A stretch of 64,000 nt of DNA, taken from Paraspadella gotoi. Taxonomy: Eukaryota; Animalia; Chaetognatha. Of the stretch, positions 1-12,878 are shown one piece after another; positions within the stretch are counted from its first letter, which is position 1; every line of letters begins with the position of its first letter. The stretch lies in NCBI GenBank assembly GCA_051294375.1, contig JBJCIZ010001661.1:1-64000 (forward strand), read 5' to 3'. The position numbers were made by a program, and so were the translations under genes. The notes below the pieces were generated by a model. It had not been told where the DNA came from. It searched no databases and saw only the letters and a program-made list of their open reading frames with translations.

Positions 1-3000
1 CCTATTCCTGTGCAAACCTGTGCAAATAAAAAACGATTTGTTTTAATGCTGTGCAATCCTGTGCAAAAAACAATTTGTTTGTCTCTCTGAAAAAATATAT
101 TTGCACATATTTGCACAGGAATAAAAATAGCGCAATTTAGTGCAGTTTTAACTTTGTAAAGTTTTTTCATAAAGGATTTTTATTTTTATTTTGGGCAAAA
201 CAGTTTTTATTTTGAACTTTATAAAATAATGAATAAGATATATGTAAAAGATTCATATAATTCTGTGCAATACTGTGCAAAATAAAAAAATAAATTTGCG
301 CAGAAATGCACAGGAATAAAAATAGTGCAATAAAATTTTTTGAAAACTTTTAATTTTTATGGCACAATTTTATTCCTGTGAAAATCTGTATTAAATAAAA
401 AAATAGAATTAACGATTTGTTGTAATACTGTACAAAACAAAAAAATCAATGTGAACAGATTTGCACAGGAATAAAAATAGCGCAATTATATTTTTTGAAA
501 CCTTTTACCGAATTAAACAGTAAAAAAATTACTTTTTTTTATTTAGCGTAAAAAAAGGAGAAATAACAATTTGTTGTAATGCTGTGCAATCCTGTACAAA
601 AAACAATTTGTTTGTCTTTCTTTGCAATCCTGTTCAAAATAAAAAAATCAAATTATTTAAAGATTTGCACAGGAATGCTGTCTAATCCTGTAGCAAAAAA
701 CATTTTTGTCTTCTCTGAAAAAAATAAACTTGTACAGATTTGCACAGGAATAAAAATAGCCAATATAAGTATTTAATGTGCAGTTTTTAAACTTTTTAGG
801 GGCTTTTTTATAATGAAGGATTTTAATTTTATTAGGGGCAAAAATATTTTTTATAACTTATAAAAGATGAATAGAATATATGTAAAGAACATTTTATATT
901 TGCTAAGGTTTGGCACAGCGATTAAAGAACCGTTTAAAAATAATCTGTGCAAAACTTTAAATTTTTATGGTACAATCCATATTCATGTGCAAATCTGTGA
1001 AAATAAAATGTAGAATAACGATTTGCTGTAATGCTGTATAATTCTGTTTAAAAAAAATCAATTTGAACAGAATTGCAACAGGAATAAAAATTGTACAATT
1101 AAATTCTTTGAAACCTTTAAAGATTTGCACCAGGAATAAAATAGATAAAATATTTATTTTAGTACAGTTTTAGACTTTTTTAGCCTATTTTTCATAAAGG
1201 AGTTTATTTGTTTTTATAAAAGATGGACTGGATATAGGTAAAGATATATATTATATTTTTACAGGTTTTTAACAGGATTAAAATTGTAAATGAATTATAA
1301 AATTTTAAATTGTTTTTAGCACAATCCTTTCCTGTGCAAAATCTGCTGCAATAAAATAGTAGAAATAACATTTGTTTATAATACTTGCAATCCTGTACTT
1401 TTTTTAAAAAAATTATTTGTCTCTCTGAAAATATTATTTTGCACAAATTTGCACAGGAATAAAAACAGTAGTTTAAACTTCATAAGGCTTTTTTTCACGA
1501 AGGATTCTAATCTAAATAGGCGGCAAAATTTTTTTTTTAACTTTAAAAAAATTTAATTTGAGATATATATAAAAATTTACATATTATATATACAAAGGTT
1601 TTCACAAGATTAAATAAAAAGAATAAGTGAAACTTAAATTTTTATGGCACAAATTATATTCCTGTGCAAATATGTGCAATAAAAAAATAGAATTAACGAT
1701 TTGTTGTAATGCTGTACAATCCTGTGCAAACAATTTTTTGTCTTTCTGTACAATCCTGTGCAAAAAAAATCAATTTGCACATATTTGCACAGGAAAAATA
1801 CTAGCAAAATTATAATTTTTAAAACCTTTTTACCAATTTGCACAGTAAAAAAATATTTTTTTTGATTTGTCGTAAAAAAAATGCTGTGCAATCCTGTCAA
1901 AAAAACAATTTGTTTGGTCTTCTTTGCAATCCTGTACAAAAAAAATCAATTTGTACAGATTTGTATAGAAATGCAAAAAACAAGAATCTGTGCAAACTTT
2001 AATTTTTATGGCACAATTCGTATTCTTGTACAAATCCGTGCAATAAAAAAATAATGTTTGTCTTCTGGGCAATCCTATACAAAAAAAAAAAATCAATTTG
2101 CACAGATTTGCATAGGAATAAAAAAAGCGCAATCAAATTTTTGAAACTTTTTATTGATTTGCACAGTAAAAAAATTATTTTTTNNNNNNNNNNNNNNNNN
2201 NNNNNNNNNNNNNNNNNNNNNNNNNNNNNNNNNNNNNNNNNNNNNNNNNNNNNNNNNNNNNNNNNNNNNNNNNNNNNNNNNNNNNNNNNNNNNNNNNNNN
2301 NNNNNNNNNNNNNNNNNNNNNNNNNNNNNNNNNNNNNNNNNNNNNNNNNNNNNNNNNNNNNNNNNNNNNNNNNNNNNNNNNNNNNNNNNNNNNNNNNNNN
2401 ATCCTGTGCAAAAAACAATTTGTTTATCTCTCTGAAAAAAAAAATTTGTACAGATTTTCACAGGTATAAAAACAGTGCATTATTAGTCTTTAGTGCAGTT
2501 TAGGGTATTTTTTTATAAAGGATTTGTTTTATTTTGATTAGGGGCAAAACTATTCTTTTTACTTTATAAAAGATTGAGTAGGATATATGTAAAAATACAT
2601 ATTATATTTGTAAAGGTTTGCACAGGATTAAAAATGAAAAGAATCTGAGCAAAATTTTAAATTTTTATAGCACAAAACTATTCTTGTACAAATCTATGCA
2701 AATAAAATAATAGAAATAACGATTTGTTGTAATGCTGTGCAATCTTGTGAAAAAAAATTGTTTGTCTTTCTGTGCAATCCTGTGCAAATTAAAAAAATCA
2801 ATTTGCACAGAATTGCATAGGAATAAAAATAGTGTAATTACATTTTTTTAAACCTTTTATCGATTTGCACAGGAATAAAATTAGCATAAAAATATTTATT
2901 TTAGTGCAGTTTTAACTTTTTTAGGTCTTTTTTTATAAAGGATTTTTTTTATTTTGGGCAAAACAATTTTTCTTATGAATTTTATAAAAGATTGAATGCG

Positions 3001-3176
3001 ACATAGGTAAAAGAGACATTATATTTGCACAGGTTTGCACAGGATTCTTTGCAAAATTATAAATTGTTATGGTACAATCTTATTCATGTGCAATCCTGTG
3101 AAGGAAACCTTTCACAGGAATAAAAATAACGCAATTCTAATTTTTTAAACCTTTTACCAATTTGAACGTTAAAAAA

Positions 3177-3605
3177 GAGCTAGTTTAGACGCCCCTCGGT
3201 GGGTCAGCTGGGTTAGGTGCCGGTTAAAATCGGAAGCACGGGGGGTAGGTTAACCTAGGGGTGAGGCCTGATTTTGCGCCACTGACAGGATGGGTCTCTA
3301 GCTAAAGGTAGGTTCTGACCAGCCTCTCATCAGATAAAAGATGTAAGTAAGAAAATAGAGTCTAATAAGTCTAAAGTATAGTAAAGACGGTTATGTACAA
3401 AATAAGAGGGAGGGGAGGGAGGTGTCTTGTGCCCCGACTTTTAGGTTGAGCGCGACTCTGCCCAACCCCTGGAGAGCTGAGTTGAGAGTGAATCCCTTTG
3501 TCCCTGCCTGAGGGTTGCCTGAAGGATGAGGAGGGGACGACGAGGGGATGAGGAGGAAGGGTCGACGTGGGGGAAGAGCTTTGGCGGTAAACACTCCTCT
3601 ATCTT
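3177..3605 (-). mobile_element. GC-rich foreign insert in the repeat; fragment of an unclassified transposable element
   Basis: Abrupt switch from AT-rich repeat to G-rich unique sequence and back. Left edge CTAG at 3180-3183 with a weak hairpin GACGCCC..GGGTC (3188-3205). No TSD or TIR found; the 67-aa minus ORF is not recognisable. Confidence 0.5.
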
Positions 3606-6600
3606 AAATAAAATTAACGATTTGTTGTAAGGCTGTTTCAATCCTGTGCAAACAATTTGTTGGTCTTTCTGTGCAATCCTGTGCAAAATAAAAAAAATCT
3701 ATTTGTAAAGATTTGCACAGGAATAAAAATAGCGCAATTATAATTTTTGAAACATACTGATTTGCACAGTAAAAAATATTTTTTTTTATTTAACAAAAAA
3801 AAGTGAAATAACAATTTGTTGTAAGCTGTGCAATCCTGTGCAAAAAACAATTCATTTGTCTTTCTTTGCAATCCTGTGCAAAATAAAAAAATCAATTTGC
3901 ACAGATTTGCACAGGAAAACTGTGCAATCCTCTGAAAAAAAAATTGTTTGTATTTCTTTGCAATCCTGTGCAAAATAAAAAAATATATTTGTTCAGATTT
4001 GGACAGGAATGCTGTGCAATCCTGTACAAAAAACAATTTGTTTGTCTCTCTGAAAAAATAAACTTGTACAGGTTTGCACAGGAATAAAAATAGCACAATA
4101 TTAGTATTTAGTGCAGTTTTAACTTTTTAGGGTTTTTTTAATAAAGGATTTTTATTTTGATTAGGGGCAAACTATTTTTTTTAACTTGAAAAAAAAATTG
4201 AATAGGATTAATGTAAAAGATACACAAGATTAAAAATAAAAACAATCTGTGCAAAACTTTAAATTTTTATGGCACAATCCTATTCCTATGCAAAACTGTG
4301 CAAATAAAAGAGCAGAAATAACGATTTGTTGTAATGCTGTGCAATCCTGGGCAAAAGATTTCAATTTGCAACAATTTGCACAGGAAAAAAAATAGCGCAA
4401 TATTAGTATTTAGTGCAGTTTTAATTTTTTAGGGTAACAGTTTTTCTTTTGAACTTTATAAAAGATTGAATAGGAAATATGTAACAGATTCATATAATAT
4501 TCACATAGGTTTCCGCAGAATTAAAAGTGAAAAGATTCTGTGCAAAACTTAAAATTTTTATGCACACTCCTATTCCTGTACAAATCTGTGCAAATAAAAT
4601 AGTAGAAATAACGATAAGTTGTAATGCTGTGCAATCCTGTGCAAACAATTTGTTTGTCTTTCTGTGCAATCAGGTACAAAATAAAAAAAATTAATTCTCA
4701 CAGATTTGAACAGAAATAAAAAGAGCGCAATTATAATTTTTGAAACCTTTTACCTGTTTTTAAAGTAAATTTTTTTGTATTTATTGAAACAGATAAAAAC
4801 AAATAATTCTCACAGATTTGCACAAGAAAAATAATAGCGTAATTATTTTTTTTTAAACCTTTGACTGATTTGCAAAGGAAACAAAATAGCATAAAAATAT
4901 TTATTTTAGTGCAGTTTAAATTCTTTAGGTCTATATTTTATCAGGGGCAAAACAGTTTTTCTTTTGAACTTTATAAAAGATTGAATAGGATATTTTTAAA
5001 AGATACATATTATATTCGCACAGGTTTGCACAGGATTAAAAATGAAAAGATTCACTGCAAAACTTTAAATTTTTATGGCAAAATCCTATTCCTGTGCAAA
5101 TCTGTGCAAATAACGATTTGTTTTAATTCTTTGCATTCCTGTGCAAACAATTTGTTTGACTTTTTGTACAATCTCATGCAAAATAAAAAAATCCATTTGT
5201 ATCAATTTGTACAGGATTAAAAGTAACGCAATTAAAATTTTTGAAACATCTGACTGATTTGCACAGGATTAAAAATAGCATAGAAATATTTATTTTGTTT
5301 AGGGGCAAAATAGTTTTTCTTTTGAACTTTATAAAAGATTGAATAGGATATATCTAAAACATACATATGATATTTTCATAGGTATTTGCAAAGATTTGCA
5401 CAAGAATAAAAGTATTTTTTTGATTTAGTGTAAAAAAAAGGAGAAATAACGATTTGTTGTAATGCTGTGCAATCCTGTGCAAAAAACAATTTGTTTGTCT
5501 GTACAAAATAAAAGAATTAATTTGCACAGATTTGCACAGAAATAAAAATAGCATCAAAAATATTTTTTTTCATAAAGGATTTTTTTTTTGCACAGGTTTG
5601 CACAGGATTAAAAATGTAAATAATCGTTGCTAAACCTTAAATTTGTATGGCATACTACTATTCCTGTGCCACTCTGTGCAAATAAAAGAGTAGAAATAAC
5701 GATTTGTTATATTTTTCTGTAATACTGTGCAAAAAAACCATTTGTTTGTCTTTCTGTGCAATCCTATGCAAAAATAAAAAATAAATTTAGACAGATTTGC
5801 TCAGGAATAAAAATGGGGCAATTTAAAAAATTTGAAACCTATTACCAATTTGCACAGGAATAAAATTATAATGCATTTTTAACTTTTATAGGTATTTTTT
5901 CATAAATGATTTTTTTAATTGAAGATTGAATGGGACATACGTAAAAGATACATATTATATTTGCACAGGGTTAACAGGATTAAAAATGAATTGATCTGTG
6001 CTCCATCCTTTTCCTGTGCAATTCTGTGCAAATAAAAGAGTAAAAATGTTTATTTGTTGTAATGCTGTGAAATCCTGTGCAAACAATTTATTTGTCTTTC
6101 TAATAAAATCAATTTGCACAGATTTTCACAGAAAAAAAAATAAAGCAATTAAAATTTTTAAAACCTTTTACTGATTTGTACAGGAATAAAATAACCATCA
6201 AAAAATATTTTTTATAATATGGTTTTAACTTTTTAGGTCTATTTTCATGAAGGATTTTTTGAACTTTATAAAAGATTGAATGGGATGCATGTAAAAGATA
6301 CATATTATATTTAAACAGGTTTGCAGAGGATAAAAAATAAATTGATCTGTGAAAAACATTAATTTTAATAGCACCATCCTATTCCTGTGCAATTCTGTAC
6401 AAATAAAAGATTTAAAATAACGTTTTGTAGAAATAACAATCCTGTAAAAAATAATAAAATCAATGTGCACAGATTTGCACAGGAATGCTGTGCAATCCTG
6501 TACAAAAAACAATTTGTTTGTCTCTCTGGAGAAAAATGTGCAAAGATTTGCACAGGAATAAAAACAGTACAATATTAGTATGTAGAGCAGTTTTAACTTT

Positions 6601-8147
6601 TTATGGCTTTTTTCATGAAGGATTTTTTTTTAATAGGGAAAATATTTTTTTTTAACTTTATAAAAGATTAGGATGAAGGATTTTTATTTTGATTAGGGGC
6701 AAAATTATTCTTTTGAACTTTATAAAAGATTGAATACTATTTATGTAAAAGATTCATATAATATTCACATAGGTTTCTAAAAGATTAAAAATAAAAATAT
6801 TCTGTGCAAAATTTTAAATTTTTATAGCACAATTGTATTCCTGTGCAAATCTGTGAAAATAAAATAGTAGTAATAATGATTTGTTGTAATGCGGTGCAAT
6901 CATTTGCAAACAATTGGTTTGTCTTTCTGTACAATCCTGTGCAAAATAAAATAATCAATTTGCACAGAATTGCACAGGAATGCTGTGCAATCCTGTTCAA
7001 AAACAATTTGTTTGTCTCTCTGAAAAAATAAATTTGTACAGATAAAATAATAATATGTTATAATGCGGTGCAATCCTGTGCAAAAAATAATTTGTTTGTC
7101 TTCTTTTGCAATCCTTTGAAAAATAATAAAATCAATTTGCACAGATTTGCACAGGAATGCTGTGCAATCCTGTACAAAAAACAAATTTAATGGGATATCG
7201 GTAAGAGATACATATATTATTTGCACAGGTTTGCACAGGATAAATATTCCTGTACAAACCTGTGCAAATAAAGAGTAAAAAAAACGATTTGTTATAATAC
7301 TGTGCATTCCTGTGCAAAACAATTTGTTGTCTCTCTGAACAAATCAATTTGCACAGATTTTCACAGAAATAAAAACAGCAAAATATTAGTATTTAGTGCA
7401 GTTTTTACTATTTAGGGATTTTTTTCATAAAGGGTTTTTGAATTGAAGATTGAATGGACATACGTAAAAGATACATATTATATTTGCACAGGTTTAACAG
7501 GATTAAATATGAATTGATCTGTGCACCATCCTATTCCTGTGCAATTCTGTGCAAATAAAAAAGTAAAAATATCTATTTGTTATAATGCTGTGCAATCCCG
7601 TGCAAACACTTTATTTGTCTTTCTGTGCAATCCTGTGCAAAATAAGTTTGTACAGATTTTTACAGGAATAAAAATAGTGCAATATTAGTATTTAGTGCAG
7701 TTTTAACTTTTTATGAACGATTTTTATTTTTTAATAGTGCCAAAATGTTTTTTCAACTTTAAAAAATATTGAATAGGATATATATAAAAAATACATATTA
7801 TATTTGCAAAGGTTTGCACAGGATTAAACAGAAAGAATCTCTAAAAACATAAACATTTTTATGGCATAATCCTATACCTGCGCAAATCTGCGCCAATAAT
7901 ATAGTAGATATAACGATTTGTTGTAATGCTCAGCAATCCGGGGCAAAAAAAATTCACCGATTTACACAGGAAAAAAAATAGCGGCAATTATATTTTTTTA
8001 AAACCTTTTACCGATTTGCACAGTAAAATAAATATTTTTTTTGATTTAGCATAAAAAAAGAGAAATAATAATATGTTATAGTGCGGTGCAATCCTGTGAA
8101 AAATAATAAAATCAATTTGCACAGATTTGCACAGGAATGCTGTGCAA

Positions 8148-9064
8148 TAAGGCGTAGTGAAAGTTACATACGAAAATTCTAAAAGTTAATTATAAACAAC
8201 ATACCATCAGTGAACATTAATTTGTAAAAAAAATTAATTTTATGTTTTTTAATTTTCGCAGTAGGCTATATTTATATATAGTACTATCCTTATAAAATCG
8301 AAAAAATTTCAAAAATAAGCTTTTTTTAATTTTGATTACAGATTTGAATTCCTCGTCAAAAGTTGATAAAAGAAAATATAAATCATTTTAAAAAATTCTT
8401 TCATTAAGTGGGTTAAAAATTAAAAAAACTATATTTAATATATAAAAAGTTAATTTTCAACTTAAATATAGCTTTTTCTAATTTTTGACCCACTTAATGA
8501 AGGAATTTTTCAAAAAGAGTTATATTTCTTTATATCAACTTTTTATAGCGAATCCAAATCTGCAAAAAAATCTTAGAAAAAACTGTTTTGAAATTTAACA
8601 TTTATTGGTTTAGTACTAGTATAAATATAAATATAAATATAAAAATAGCGAAAAGTATAAGAAAGTTGGGAGTGGTTTCAAATTAAAGCTTATGCTTTGT
8701 AGATAATGACAGACGTATAGACATTCAATTGTAAGCATATTCCATAAACTACTTAAAATTTTTATAAAAAATTTAAAAAACTTTAATGAGCATTTAAAAA
8801 AAACCTGCCTTTATCGAATTTTACTGACCTACCACATTAAGTGTCTCATGGGTATACTGTTAAGATTTTATAGGTTTCATGAGATGGCACTTTTTTTGTT
8901 TCTTTCACATCACTCTCTGCCCTACCGTGTATGGCCTACTGCGTACAATTGTAAAATTTATTATAAATTTTTTTTATTACATAAATGTTCATTAGTATAA
9001 TGTTGTTCGTTTCTCACTTTTAGAATTTTAATTAAAGTAAATTTAGAAATTTTACTATGCCTTA
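8148..9064. mobile_element. Fold-back MITE, hAT-like, copy 1 (carries a ~300-bp nested insert)
   Basis: TIRs TAAGGCGTAGTGAAA ... TTTTACTATGCCTTA. 8-bp TSD CTGTGCAA at 8140-8147 and 9065-9072. Removing it restores the host consensus AGGAATGCTGTGCAATCCTGTACAAAAAAC seen at 6481-6510. Confidence 0.9.
8628..8929 (-). mobile_element. One-ended DNA transposon fragment nested in MITE copy 1
   Basis: Absent from MITE copies 2 and 3, where the site reads ATAAATATGGCC (copy 3) or ATAAATATAGGC (copy 2). On the minus strand it starts CACGGTAGGGCAGAGAGTG right after a TA; no matching second TIR. Confidence 0.55.
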
Positions 9065-12000
9065 CTGTGCAATCCTGTACAAAAAACAATTTGTTTGTCT
9101 CTCTGAAAAAAAATGCACAGATTTGCTCAGGAATAAAAACAGTACAATATTAATATGGAGTGCAGTTTAATTTTTATAGATTTTTTCATGAAGAATTTTT
9201 ATTTTTATTAGGGAAAATATTTTTTTAACTTTATATAAGATTAGGATAAGGATTTTATTTTGATTAGGGGCAAAATTATTCTTTTGAATTTTATAAAAGA
9301 TTCAATGGGGTATAGGTAAAAGATACTTATTATATTTGCACAGGTTTACACAGGATTAAAATTGTAAAGAAACTTTGAAAAAATTTAAATTGTTAAGGCA
9401 AAATCCAGCAAAGCTGTGCAAATAAAGAGTAAAAATAATGATTTGTTATAATAATTACAATCCTGTGCAAAAAAGATTGCTTTGTCTGTTTTGAAAAAAA
9501 TCATTTTGTACAGATTTGTACAGGAATGAAAACAGCACAATATTAGTATTTAGTGCAAATTTAACTTTTTAAGGCTTTTTTCATGAATGATTTTTAATTT
9601 GATTAGAGGCAAATTATTCTTTTGAATTTTTTGAAAGATTTAATGGGATATAGGTAAAAGATACATATTATATTTGCACAGGTTTGCATAGGATTAAAAT
9701 TATAAAAAAAAATTTTAAAAATTTTAAATTGTTATGGCACAATCCTATTCCTGTGCAAACCTGTGCAAACAAAAGAGTAAAAATATCTATTTGTTATAAT
9801 GCTTTATTTGTCTTTCTGTGCAATCCTGTGCAAAATAATAATTTGCACAGATTTTTACAGAATAAAAAAACAATTAAAATTCTTGAAACCTTTTACCGAT
9901 TTGGACAGAATAAAATTACTGTCAAAAACTATTTTTTATATCGAGTTTAAACTTTTTAGGTCTTTTTTTCAAGAAATGATTTTTCGAACTTTATAAAAGA
10001 TTGAATGGGATGCATATAAAAGATACATATTATATTTAAACAGGTTTCCAGAGGTTAAAAATAAATTTATCTGTAAAAAATATTACTTATTAAAGCACCA
10101 TCCTATTCCGTGTAATTCTGTGCAAATATAACATTTAAAATAACGTTTGTTATAATGCTTTTCAAAAAAAATAATATATTTTTCTCTCTAAAAAAATCAA
10201 TTTGCACAGATTTGCACAGGAATAAAAATATCACAATATTAGTATTTAGTACAGTTTTATTTTGAACTTTATAAAAGATTGAATAATATTTATGGAAAAG
10301 ATTCATATAATATTCACATAGGTTTCTACAAGATTAAAAATAAAAATATTCTGTGCAAAATTTTAAATTTTTATAGCACAATTGTGTTCCTGTGCAAATC
10401 TGTGCAAAAAAATAGTAGTAATAATGATTTGTTGTAATGCGGTGCAATCATTTGCAAATAATGGTTTGTCTTTCTGTGCAATCCTGTGCAAAATAAAATA
10501 ATCAATTTGCACAGAATTGCACAGGATTGCTGTGCAAACAATTGGTTTGTCTTCTGATGCAATCCTGTGCAAAATAAAATTATCAATTTGCACAGAATTG
10601 CACAGGATTGCTGTGCAATCCTGTTCAAAAACAATTTGTTTGTCTCTCTGAAAAAATAAATTTGTACAGACTTTATAGGAATAAAAATAAGTGCAATATT
10701 AGTATTTAGTGCAGTTTTTAACTTTTTATGAACGATTTTTATTTTTATTAGTGGCAAACGTTTTTTTAACTTTAAAAAATATTGAATAAGATATATATAA
10801 AAAATACATATTATATTTGCAAAGGTTTGCACAGGATGAAAAATAAAAAGAATCGGTGAAAAATTAAGATTTGCACAGGAATGCTGTGCAATCCTAGTAC
10901 AAAAAACAATTTGTTTGTCTCTCTGAAAAAAAAATTTTCACAGATTTGCACAGGAATAAAAACAGTACAATATTTTTATTTAGTGCAGTTTTAACTTTAA
11001 TGGCTTTTTTTATTAAGAGTTTTTATTTTTATTAGGGAAAATATTTTTTTTACTTATAAAAGATTTGGATGAAGGATTTTTTATTTGATTAGGGGAAAAA
11101 TTATTCTTTTTTATATTTTATAAAAGATTTAATGAGATATAGGTAAAGATACTTATTATATTTGCACAGGTTTGCACAGATTAAAATTAAAAGAATCTTT
11201 GAAAATTTTAAATTGTTATGGCACAATCCTATTCCTGTGCAAACCTGTGCAAAAAAAGAGTAAAAATAACGAGTTGTTATAATACTGTGCAATCCTGTGC
11301 AAAAAAATATATTTTGTCTCTTTGAAAAAATTATTTTGCACAGATTTTCACAGGAATAGAAACAGCACAATATTAGTATTTAGTGCAGTTTTACTTTTTA
11401 AGCTTTTTTATGAAGGATTTTTAATTTGATTAGGGCAAAATTATTCTTTTGAATTTTTAAAAGATTTAATGGGATATCGGTAAGAAATACATATTTTATT
11501 TTCACAGGTTTGCACAGGATAAATATTCCTGTACAAACCTGTGCAAATAAAATAGTAAAACTAACGATTTGTTTATAATACTGTGCATTCCTGTGCAAAA
11601 AACAATTTGTTTGTCTCTCTGAACGATTCAATTTGCACAGATTTCACAGAAATAAAAAGCAGCTAATCATTAGTATTTAGTGCAGTTTTTACTATTTAGG
11701 GATTTTTTTCATAAAGGTTTTTTGAATTGAAGATTGAATGGGACATACATAAAAGATACATATTATATTTGCACAGGTTTAATAGGATTAAAAATGAATT
11801 GATCTGTGCACCATCCTATTCCTGTGCAATTCTGTGCAAATAAAAAAGTAAAAATATCTATTTTTTTTTAATGCTGTGCAATCCTGTGCAAACACTTTAT
11901 TTGTCTTTCTGTGCAATCCGGTGCAAAATAAATTTGCACAGCTTTTTACAGGAATAAAAATAAATCAATTAAAATTCTTGAAACCTTTTACCGATTTGCA

Positions 12001-12455
12001 CAGGAATAAAATTACTGTCAAAAATTATTTTTTTTAATGAAGTATTAACTTTTTAGGTCTTTTTTATGAAAGATTTTTTGAACTTTATAAAAGATACATA
12101 TTATGAAAGATACATATTATATTTGAACAGGTTTCCAGAGGATTAAAAATAAATTTATTTGTAAAAAATATTAATTATTAAAGCACCATCCTATTCCTGT
12201 GTATATCTGTACAAATATAAGATTTAAAATAACGTTTTGTTGTAATGCTTTGCAAAAAAATATTCTATTTATCTCTCNNNNNNNNNNNNNNNNNNNNNNN
12301 NNNNNNNNNNNNNNNNNNNNNNNNNNNNNNNNNNNNNNNNNNNNNNNNNNNNNNNNNNNNNNNNNNNNNNNNNNNNNAGAGACAAATTGTTTTTTGCACA
12401 TGATTGCACAGTATTACAACAAATTGTTATTTTTACTCTTTTATTTGCACAGGTT

Positions 12456-12878
12456 CTAGTTGGTTCGCGACTTCGCCATGGCGATGTCGCCAGTACCCCC
12501 ACAGGTGATCTCGCCAGTGATAAAAGTAGCAAATATAATGAAAGGCGCGAGTTAGAAGAGAGACTTGCGACTTATTGAGACACGGGGATGAATGCATCAC
12601 CCATGGGCTCCTCCCCCTACCCTAACCCGGACCTCCCGTTCAACCCTAACTGCCTTCAACATGTCAACCACGGGCCCCTCCCACAACCCTAATTCTAAAC
12701 CAGGCCTCCCGTTTAACTCCGTGCCTCTCCCCCACCCTTTACCCGGGCCTCCCGTTCAACTCCCGTTCAACCCTAACGTCAACCACGGGTCCCTCCCCCA
12801 ACCCTAACCTTAAACCGGGCCTCCCTTTCAACTCCGTACCTCTCCCCTAACCCAGGCCCAGGCCTCCTGTACATCTCC
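12456..12878 (-). mobile_element. GC-rich insert with Helitron-like 3' terminus (hairpin + CTAG) and CCCTAA-containing internal direct repeat
   Basis: Minus strand ends GCGACATCGCCATGGCGAAGTCGC-GAACCAA-CTAG, a GC hairpin (12467-12490) 11 nt from the end. Direct repeat with ~115-bp period (GTCAACCACGGG at 12663 and 12778). No 5' TC end, and the base after CTAG is A rather than T. Confidence 0.55.

Noticed and set aside
3310-3335. Minus-strand CTGATGAG as a hammerhead core
   Set aside because: No stem II closed by GAAA follows it (CAGAACC instead).
8148-9064. Tc1/mariner MITE with TA target duplication
   Set aside because: The 8 bp outside the TA are duplicated in all three copies, and only the 8-bp TSD model restores the host consensus.
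12592-12807. Proline-rich 71-aa protein
   Set aside because: It arises from a C-rich internal duplication, and the frame is not kept between the repeat copies.
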